This document shows positions 44,621-51,644 of a stretch of 53,050 nucleotides of DNA, one piece after another; the first letter of the stretch is position 1; every line of letters starts with the position of its first letter. The translations under genes were made by a program, and so were the position numbers. The stretch is taken from positions 1 through 53,050 of the IMG/VR virus record IMGVR_UViG_3300012347_000482; one strand, written 5' to 3'. The notes beneath the pieces were generated by a model. It made no database searches and was not told where the DNA came from. It saw only the letters and a list, made by a program, of their open reading frames with translations. The stretch comes from a virus (lineage: Duplodnaviria > Heunggongvirae > Uroviricota > Caudoviricetes).

Positions 44621-45121
44621 TTAGTCGAAAAAATAATCATTAAGTGATTGTTCGGCAAAACGATGCATCATACGACACAATGAAATAGGAGCACGATCAA
44701 CAGTATGAAAGATAACAGGAGAGTCAGCTGTGACTGTGCATTCCAACAACAGTCGCTGTTCGCGCATCCATCTGGGGTGTTTATTTTGACTATACTGGCC
44801 TCCCTTCATTTTGTTTAATCGATTGATAAAGCAGTTGAAATCTAATCCTTGTGTCCGAGTGATCATCAGCATCTTTACTGCTTCACGATTAAATCGTTGC
44901 TTATATGTCAGCTCGGCTTTTTCAGTCTCTAGTTGCAGGCCAAACACCACATTAGAAGGAAATGTGTTATTGGCCTCGGCCGTACAACTAGCGATACTGA
45001 TTCTTAGAGCAGTTAACGCGGTGTTGTATTTTTCAGACTCCGACAAACCGTCACTTTCATCAATCATGGTCATTAATTGATAATAAGTCACATCTTTAGG
45101 TTTAATTAGCTGTTCAAACAT
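44621..45121 (-). CDS. Hypothetical protein, paralogue of 25767-26261
   Basis: LLECTVTADSP; GGAG RBS. Confidence 0.75.
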   Translation of the reverse strand: MFEQLIKPKDVTYYQLMTMIDESDGLSESEKYNTALTALRISIASCTAEANNTFPSNVVFGLQLETEKAELTYKQRFNREAVKMLMITRTQGLDFNCFINRLNKMKGGQYSQNKHPRWMREQRLLLECTVTADSPVIFHTVDRAPISLCRMMHRFAEQSLNDYFFD

Positions 45122-45152
45122 TTTTCTCCTCGTTAAGTATGCTACAAAATAG

Positions 45153-45446
45153 TTAAGCCGTTTCGACTACTTCGCCAATGAATTCTTCTGCAGAGTATGT
45201 GTCACCGCAACCGTTAAGGGCAAGGTTGTCACTAGCTTTGTTGAGATTAGACATCAGTGCCGCAATAGTTTTGGGATTACGATTGATCTTCTTGTTGCCT
45301 TTCTCACGCTCGTAAAATACACCGCACTCAAGTGTATAACCATAGTATGCAACTGCTTCTGCAACAGTCAAAGGACGACTTGTATCAGTGTGACCGCTCA
45401 TCGGACGGAGTGATGTAATCACATAACGTTTTGCTTGCTTTGCCAT
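45153..45446 (-). CDS. Conserved hypothetical phage protein
   Basis: LTVAEAVAYYGYTLECG..YE.EKGNKKINRNPKTI..L.SNLNKA. Confidence 0.75.
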   Translation of the reverse strand: MAKQAKRYVITSLRPMSGHTDTSRPLTVAEAVAYYGYTLECGVFYEREKGNKKINRNPKTIAALMSNLNKASDNLALNGCGDTYSAEEFIGEVVETA

Positions 45447-45614
45447 TTTGTATTCCTTGTTGTAAACTATCAATTAACACTTGTAGCACTATCGCTGAAC
45501 CAGTTTTAATAAAATTGTTCATTAACAGTGCCGGATTTCATTTTAGCTATAAGTAATTTTAATAGCGTAAAAACATATTATAACACAGTTTTAAACGGTT
45601 GTGTTTGACAATAA

Positions 45615-45992
45615 TTATTTTAATAATGCTAATTCGGCGGCGGTCACACCTAACTTTTCCAACCTGGCAAGTAGTTCGGTTTTTAAGGCTAACTTCTTAG
45701 CTTCCTCGATTGCCTCTTTTTCTTTTCGCTTTTCCTCTTCTTTCGGTTCAATTAGACTTACGGGTCCATAGAGTCGACCATAATACCTAAACAAGGTTAC
45801 AGCTTCAACACTTGCGGGTGTTCCCTGAACGCCTTTGCCTGCAGCTAGTCGAAAGGCGGTATGTTTGTTTAAGGTAACTGTGCCGTTCATAGGATATTGA
45901 TATCCGCGTCCTTCGGTAAGATCGCTATTAGTTTCGACCACATAGCCTTTGAGGACTTCGTGAACTTCGATTTGTTGTGTATCTTTTGCCAT
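45615..45992 (-). CDS. Hypothetical phage protein
   Basis: V.TNSDLTEGRG motif; GGAGG RBS. Confidence 0.8.
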   Translation of the reverse strand: MAKDTQQIEVHEVLKGYVVETNSDLTEGRGYQYPMNGTVTLNKHTAFRLAAGKGVQGTPASVEAVTLFRYYGRLYGPVSLIEPKEEEKRKEKEAIEEAKKLALKTELLARLEKLGVTAAELALLK

Positions 45993-46099
45993 ATTTAACC
46001 TCCATCTTAGTTAGTTTATGTTAGGGCGACAGTGCGTCGGTAACTAATACTGTCATTTGATTCTACGCGTGCCCTAAGATAACTCAACCGATCTCTAGT

Positions 46100-46369
46100 C
46101 TACCACTTGATTTCTACACCACAATCAACAAATTGTTGTTCGATATAAAAGTATTTAACTGTGAATCCGTAGTCAGTAAGTATTTTTACTGCTTCATTAA
46201 ACATCGGAGTTGATCTATAGCCTTCCTGCGCCCAGAATTCAGATCGCACCTTAACACTATGATTGTGTTCTGTTGCGGCTTGCCTGATCAATGGAAATAC
46301 TGCATTTACGTGATCAATAGCCTTTGGTCCGGCTAATAGCCTAGCCTCGTCTGCTGTAATTGGTTTCAT
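46100..46369 (-). CDS. Hypothetical protein, paralogue of 43590-43841
   Basis: ITADEAR.L...IRQAA...FWA...GFTVK...IKW. Confidence 0.75.
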   Translation of the reverse strand: MKPITADEARLLAGPKAIDHVNAVFPLIRQAATEHNHSVKVRSEFWAQEGYRSTPMFNEAVKILTDYGFTVKYFYIEQQFVDCGVEIKW

Positions 46370-46370
46370 A

Positions 46371-46913
46371 CTAACTCCAAGTGTTCAATGTATTCATTAT
46401 TTCTATTGCGTGTAATGCCTGCGATTTAGCATCATCTAACGCATTGTGTAAAGTGCCGACCCGTGTAATTTTTAAGTTGGGTACAATTTTCTTTAATGTC
46501 CGATAACATCTATTATCGGAATGTATCCAATTTGGAGTAATACCCATTTCGGCACACGCTACTTGTAAAATAGCATTATCAAATTCGGGACCATTCCCCC
46601 ATAAGCATAATTCAGATTCCCCAAGTGTATGCTTACTTTGCTCAATAAACGTATTAAACAAACCTAATGCATCGTTTAAATTATGGCGATTATCGCCATT
46701 AGTCAATTTATCTAATAGACCATTCTGAGTTTCCCACCATTCTAGTGTCGCAGGATCTTCGTGTAATGTGCCTTGATTATTTCTATCAACTTCTACATAA
46801 AAGTCTAAGTGCAGTCCATTGCGATTAAAAACAACAGCACCGATACTCAACACTTTACACCCGGGACGTCTACCCAAAGTTTCAATGTCTAACATGATAT
46901 TCAACATAATCAA
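46371..46913 (-). CDS. DEDDh 3'-5' exonuclease (DUF5051/Rv2179c-like)
   Basis: MLDIETLG, WGNGPEFDNAIL, HNALDDA. Confidence 0.9.
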   Translation of the reverse strand: MIMLNIMLDIETLGRRPGCKVLSIGAVVFNRNGLHLDFYVEVDRNNQGTLHEDPATLEWWETQNGLLDKLTNGDNRHNLNDALGLFNTFIEQSKHTLGESELCLWGNGPEFDNAILQVACAEMGITPNWIHSDNRCYRTLKKIVPNLKITRVGTLHNALDDAKSQALHAIEIMNTLNTWS

Positions 46914-46985
46914 CTCCTTTAACTAACTTTAAGACTTATTATAACCTAGTGTCCTAGGTTATAGCTAGCCAATCCTATCCATTTT

Positions 46986-47189
46986 TTACGATAGAAACCT
47001 CTGGGCTTGGTCCAAGTTAACCAATAACGCCACCCGCCAACTTGGGCCACTAGTGCTCTGAGGGTATACGCTCACCCTATGGGCTTTGTAGGTATCAGGG
47101 TTTAACACTTCGCTCTCAGCGATTTTATCCTTATCCGTTAAAGCTTTAATCACAGGCTCGAAGTGAGGCGTTTTATAGAACACATACAT
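46986..47189 (-). CDS. Hypothetical protein
   Basis: 67 aa cassette gene. Confidence 0.6.
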   Translation of the reverse strand: MYVFYKTPHFEPVIKALTDKDKIAESEVLNPDTYKAHRVSVYPQSTSGPSWRVALLVNLDQAQRFLS

Positions 47190-47258
47190 AATTAAATCCT
47201 TTTTAACTATTCCAAGAACTTGTTATAACTCAAGTTAGCTCCAAAGAGCTAACTTGAT

Positions 47259-47522
47259 CTATCTTTTTTTAGATTTTCTTTCTTTTTTTACTTTTATCGG
47301 AACGTTTAAAAATCCGCTATTATAAGAGCCAATGTTACCGTATTGTCCAGTCCAATAGCCCATTACCGTGCGTTGCTCGTCGTCGTTTTCGTCGTATTTG
47401 TATAAGTTAGCCGAATAGTCGCACGAGAACATAGCCCCGTCCTCATGTACGTTATAGCCTAGCTTTTCGGCACGGTTTTTCCACTCGTTGAAGTTGTAGA
47501 ATTTTTCAGTTTCCATAATCAT
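47259..47522 (-). CDS. Hypothetical protein
   Basis: 87 aa; GGGGAG RBS. Confidence 0.7.
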   Translation of the reverse strand: MIMETEKFYNFNEWKNRAEKLGYNVHEDGAMFSCDYSANLYKYDENDDEQRTVMGYWTGQYGNIGSYNSGFLNVPIKVKKERKSKKR

Positions 47523-47621
47523 CTCCCCTAAAGACTACATTATAACCTAGTTTTTACACTTAACGCTATCTTTTTATCAAATAAACTTTCATTTAAATTT
47601 CCATTTAATTTTTTGTGTATC

Positions 47622-47828
47622 TTACCACCTCGCCAGTCCATAGTTTCCACGAGAAACTGACGTTTCAATGAAAACAGTATCTTTGCCTTTAAAGTAAACT
47701 AATTCACCACTTGATTGGACTCGTGCAGTTCGGGTGCTTTTTTTAATATACGTGACCTTTTGATTTGAAAATACTCGGCCAACTGGTAATCTACAAAACT
47801 CGCTCATTATAACGACACTCATATTCAA
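47622..47828 (-). CDS. Stand-alone small beta-barrel-like protein (related to 44335-44547)
   Basis: EFCRLPVGRVFSNQKVTYIKKSTRTA. Confidence 0.65.
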   Translation of the reverse strand: MNMSVVIMSEFCRLPVGRVFSNQKVTYIKKSTRTARVQSSGELVYFKGKDTVFIETSVSRGNYGLARW

Positions 47829-47877
47829 CTCCTTTAAACTAACCCAAGAACTTGTTATAACTCAATCGATCTTTTTA

Positions 47878-48072
47878 TCAAATATAATCTGCCATAATTT
47901 CTTTTAAGATATCCTTGCTTTTATTTGGCCACTCTTTCATAGCAGCCGTTAACACCGCCGGGTCTTCGAGTAAACTGCCGGCTATTTCATAAGCCATTGT
48001 ATCATCGATAGCATCGCCCATATCGGCAGCTATTTCTTTACCACAGTCACGCAACATTTTACGAATATCCAT
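47878..48072 (-). CDS. Hypothetical protein
   Basis: 64 aa; GGAG RBS. Confidence 0.7.
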   Translation of the reverse strand: MDIRKMLRDCGKEIAADMGDAIDDTMAYEIAGSLLEDPAVLTAAMKEWPNKSKDILKEIMADYI

Positions 48073-48148
48073 TTTAAACTCCGTTTAATTAACTTAAGAA
48101 CCTATTATAACCCAAGTTAGCTCCGAAGAGCTAACTCAATCTATCTTT

Positions 48149-48403
48149 TTACCAATTTGGTTTCCACCGCAATGTGTAAGAATTTACAAAATCAAAATTC
48201 TCATAGTAATCTTGTAACGTTTTTTCCAGTAACGGTTTAAGATCAGCGTCTTTGACGATAATCTCGATAATGTAACTGTTAGCATCGTGTGTAGATGCAG
48301 TTTTCTGTAAAAAACGAAAACCGTTAGCTTTCAGTGCCTTTTTAAATGCCGCTGTGGTTTTATTAGAATACACTTTATACACTACTATCATATTGGAGTC
48401 CAT
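48149..48403 (-). CDS. Hypothetical protein
   Basis: 84 aa cassette gene. Confidence 0.6.
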   Translation of the reverse strand: MDSNMIVVYKVYSNKTTAAFKKALKANGFRFLQKTASTHDANSYIIEIIVKDADLKPLLEKTLQDYYENFDFVNSYTLRWKPNW

Positions 48404-48433
48404 TTAAATTAGTTCAATACTATAATCCAAAGT

Positions 48434-48661
48434 TTACTCTAGAACTAGAGTTCTCCGTCTTTCTTTCAAACGCACAAATGCGACCCATTTTCTAGCTTGC
48501 GGGTATCTATACTGGACTCTGTTCGGTCTACTAGTGCTCGACTTCATCCTGCGGCCTACAATGTGAACGGCAAAGGATATTCCATTGCTACCTTTGCCGT
48601 TCAATAGCTCTGTACCTACTCGCATGTAAGTACCTAAACGTTGCATATTTGCTGTTTTCAT
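48434..48661 (-). CDS. Basic hypothetical protein
   Basis: Start MKTANMQ with GGAG RBS; Arg/Lys-rich. Confidence 0.6.
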   Translation of the reverse strand: MKTANMQRLGTYMRVGTELLNGKGSNGISFAVHIVGRRMKSSTSRPNRVQYRYPQARKWVAFVRLKERRRTLVLE

Positions 48662-48692
48662 ACTCAACTCCTTAATGTTTAACACATATAAC

Positions 48693-48714
48693 AACTGGGG
48701 CTTTCGCCCCAGTT
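48693..48714 (-). terminator. GAAA-tetraloop hairpin terminator after MoxR gene
   Basis: Minus strand AACTGGGGC-GAAA-GCCCCAGTT. Confidence 0.75.
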
Positions 48715-48719
48715 ACTAA

Positions 48720-49796
48720 TTAAGTCATTGCTTGCAATACATACTTACCAAAACGCTTATGGAACTCGTTAAAAGTACTCATCTTAGCAGGATCCAACGG
48801 CAAGTTGTAGTTAGTCAACGCAGTCTTTGCACCCATAACAACAATCTCTGTCGAGAAGTTAGCCATCATGTACTCAAAGAACTTATCTGCCATGTTATCC
48901 CAACCCTTAACTTTCTTATCTGCACGATCTTTCAATTCGTAACATAAGCTAGTTGTTAGTGTATACATCGCTGATATATCTTTAACTTCTAACGTTTTAA
49001 CTTTGCCATCTAAAATATCTTCTGCTTTAGGTAACTTGCCAGCAATCTTACGGTGTGCCATAAACTTAACAGCTAAGCCATCCCCAATAGAGCCGCTAAT
49101 TAGTGTTGTAAGTGTTTCAATGTCGCAATCGTCATCTGTTAACAATTCGCTAACAAAGGACCAGCTACGTGGTGTAGCAAAGGACTTGCTAGCACTCTTA
49201 GGATCGAAGTCATATAAATCTTGCTTTGCAAAGCTAACATAACCAACAACTTCAGGATGCAACTTGTTAAGCGTAGCCCAATCTTGCCAGTCATCAAACT
49301 CAACTTTAGCTTCAATATGTACAAAGCGGTTAGCTAACGGAGCAGGCATACGATATGTTACGCCACGATCGCCTTCCCTGTTACCTGCTGCAACAATATC
49401 AACAGACTTAGGTAACTCATAAGTACCTACACGGCGATTTAAAATTAACTGATACGCTGCCGCTTGCACTGTAGGCGCCGCACTGTTAAGTTCGTCTAAG
49501 AAAATAATCGAATTGTCACTAAACAATGTCGGCAACTCTGCGGGTGGCGCCCATACCATCTTACCTAATGTACTATCAAAGTACGGAATACCTTTAATAT
49601 CTGTCGGCTCCCATAAAGCTAAGCGAACATCAATAACACGTCGACCTAAGTCAGCGCCAATTTGTTGCACAATGTCAGATTTGCCAATACCAGGGGGGCC
49701 CCATACAAACACAGGACGGTGTACGGAAATTGCCTTGCGAATTGCACGTTTAGCTGCCTTAGGACCAACTTGACGAATGCTAATATCTTTGCTCAT
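48720..49796 (-). CDS. MoxR-like AAA+ ATPase
   Basis: Walker A GPPGIGKS, Walker B IIFLDE, AAGN, PLANRF. Confidence 0.92.
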   Translation of the reverse strand: MSKDISIRQVGPKAAKRAIRKAISVHRPVFVWGPPGIGKSDIVQQIGADLGRRVIDVRLALWEPTDIKGIPYFDSTLGKMVWAPPAELPTLFSDNSIIFLDELNSAAPTVQAAAYQLILNRRVGTYELPKSVDIVAAGNREGDRGVTYRMPAPLANRFVHIEAKVEFDDWQDWATLNKLHPEVVGYVSFAKQDLYDFDPKSASKSFATPRSWSFVSELLTDDDCDIETLTTLISGSIGDGLAVKFMAHRKIAGKLPKAEDILDGKVKTLEVKDISAMYTLTTSLCYELKDRADKKVKGWDNMADKFFEYMMANFSTEIVVMGAKTALTNYNLPLDPAKMSTFNEFHKRFGKYVLQAMT

Positions 49797-49846
49797 AGTG
49801 TGCTCTTTCTTTAAAAATAACTAACAAAATAACTAACACAAAAACA

Positions 49847-50116
49847 TATTATAACACAACATTTACTGACTGTAAACGAATGTTTTAATATTTTTACTAC
49901 TTAATAACTTAATTAAGTAAACTTATTATAACACAACATTTACTGACTGTAAACGAATGTTTTTAATATTTTTTACTACTTAATTTAATTAAGTAAACTT
50001 ATTATAACACAAAAAAATTGACTTGCAACTGATTTTTATGTTATAATGAAACAACACGTATTACCGTATTGCTTATTGCATAACTGTATTATATATAACA
50101 ACAAAAAATATGCAAA
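49847..50116. promoter_or_regulatory. Four stacked leftward promoters (~77-bp tandem duplication) plus a divergent rightward promoter
   Basis: GTTTACA-17-TGTGT-TATAAT at 49848-49877 and 49925-49954; further -10 boxes at 50001 and 50088; plus-strand TTGACT-18-TATAAT at 50018-50047. Confidence 0.8.
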
Positions 50117-50153
50117 TGATATTTTTGGTTAAAATTTAAATGGTAAATATCAG

Positions 50154-51644
50154 ATGATATCTTCTACATCGTTTCTCGATTCAGTCTACACAAAAATACC
50201 CGCTCGCCAACGTCAATGGCATATCGACAACAATGTCTATTCACTAGTCATGTGTAAGCACTGCCAATCAGTTACAGTTGGGTGGAGCGTTAAGAACAAA
50301 CGATATTCAACTTACTGCGGATCGAAGTGTGCAAACTCGACTGCCGAAGTGAAAGACAAGCGGGCACAGACCTGTGTCGTTCGGTATAACTCAACCACCA
50401 ACCTATCTACTGCCGAAAACAAACAACGAGCGAAAGATACATGCGTTGCAAAATACGGTGTTGATAATTTTTCAAAGACTGAACAGTTTGGTACTAAATT
50501 TAAACAGACGGTAATGGATCGTTACGGAGTCGATAATCCAAGCAAGTTACAATCGGTTAAGGACAAGATAACTGATTCACACTTATCTAAATACAATCGA
50601 AAGCGAGCATCGCAGGTTCATATTCCGATCGATGTAATAGCATTGAAAGATGACCGTAACGAAATGATCAGGCTTTACAATGAGTTAAAGATGCCAATAT
50701 CGGAAATTGCGGAGTTGTTGGGAGTTAATCATAGTCAGTTGTGTGTTCACTTCAAAGACAATCTAGGTATAGATATTTCAAGGCATGCAGTCTCGATGGG
50801 CGAAAGACAAATATATGATTTTGTGCTAACGCTGGATCCTACAGTGGTACAATCTGATAGGACTGTGATCAAACCTAAAGAACTCGACATATACTCTAAA
50901 GCCCACAACGTTGCGATTGAGGTAAATGGTCTAGCATGGCATTCGGAGCTGAGAGGCAAGGGCAAGAACTACCACAAGGACAAAACTGTACTATGCGGGC
51001 AGCGGGGCCTTAGGCTAATTCACATCTTTGATCTCGAATGGAGCACTAAACAAGATATCGTAAAATCTCGATTGAGATCAGTGTTTGGTAAAAATACTGT
51101 AGTGTGGGCGCGAAAGTGTAAAATTGTTAAAATGGAGTCAAGTGATGGTGCTGAGTTCTTTGCTCGCACTCATATACAAGGGCCGTGTGTGGCTAAGGTC
51201 ACGTATGGACTCGAATACGATGGCAAAGTTGTATGTGCTATGAGTTTCGGCACACCTAGATTTGATAAATCGCAATCTTGGGAACTGTTACGATTTTCAA
51301 ATGAATTGAATACTAATGTAGTAGGCGGTGCTGGACGACTGTTGAAACACTTTATCAAAGGGCATTTGCCTACGTCGATCATTAGCTACTGTGACTTGAG
51401 ATGGAATACGGGGAATTTGTATGAGCAGTTAGGGTTTACATTGGTACGTACAACTGAACCAAACTACTGGTATACTTTTAAACACGCTACGTTGGAACAT
51501 CGAATGAACTATCAGAAGCACAAGTTAAAAGACAAACTCCCACACTACGATGAAACGCTTACTACTTGGGATAACTTAGTAGCTAACGGTTACGATCGTG
51601 TGTGGGACTGTGGGAACAGCGTATTTGTTATGGCACTTGACTAA
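50154..51644 (+). CDS. Hef-like free-standing homing endonuclease with C-terminal Mom/GNAT-like domain
   Basis: CKHC...CGSKC Zn motif; KYGVDN(F/P)SK repeats; Vsr-like ELDIY...AIEVNGLAWHS...RLIHIFDLEW; tail WELLRF...VVGGAGRLLKHF...ISYCD...G.LY..LGF. Confidence 0.8.
   Translation: MISSTSFLDSVYTKIPARQRQWHIDNNVYSLVMCKHCQSVTVGWSVKNKRYSTYCGSKCANSTAEVKDKRAQTCVVRYNSTTNLSTAENKQRAKDTCVAKYGVDNFSKTEQFGTKFKQTVMDRYGVDNPSKLQSVKDKITDSHLSKYNRKRASQVHIPIDVIALKDDRNEMIRLYNELKMPISEIAELLGVNHSQLCVHFKDNLGIDISRHAVSMGERQIYDFVLTLDPTVVQSDRTVIKPKELDIYSKAHNVAIEVNGLAWHSELRGKGKNYHKDKTVLCGQRGLRLIHIFDLEWSTKQDIVKSRLRSVFGKNTVVWARKCKIVKMESSDGAEFFARTHIQGPCVAKVTYGLEYDGKVVCAMSFGTPRFDKSQSWELLRFSNELNTNVVGGAGRLLKHFIKGHLPTSIISYCDLRWNTGNLYEQLGFTLVRTTEPNYWYTFKHATLEHRMNYQKHKLKDKLPHYDETLTTWDNLVANGYDRVWDCGNSVFVMALD

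Larger units (their letters stand above)
46914..48433 (-). repeat. Array of related intergenic terminator/promoter cassettes
   Basis: IRs at 46940-46963 (10 bp), 47230-47257 (12 bp), 48115-48136 (9 bp, TTCG loop on minus); 22-bp identity 47212-47233 = 47844-47865; shared AAAAAGATAG motif at gene ends. Confidence 0.75.

Noticed and set aside
49797-51644. Group I/II intron hosting the endonuclease
   Set aside because: Flanking genes (MoxR, repeat gene) are complete, no split exon is apparent, and the upstream DNA is promoter repeats rather than intron core
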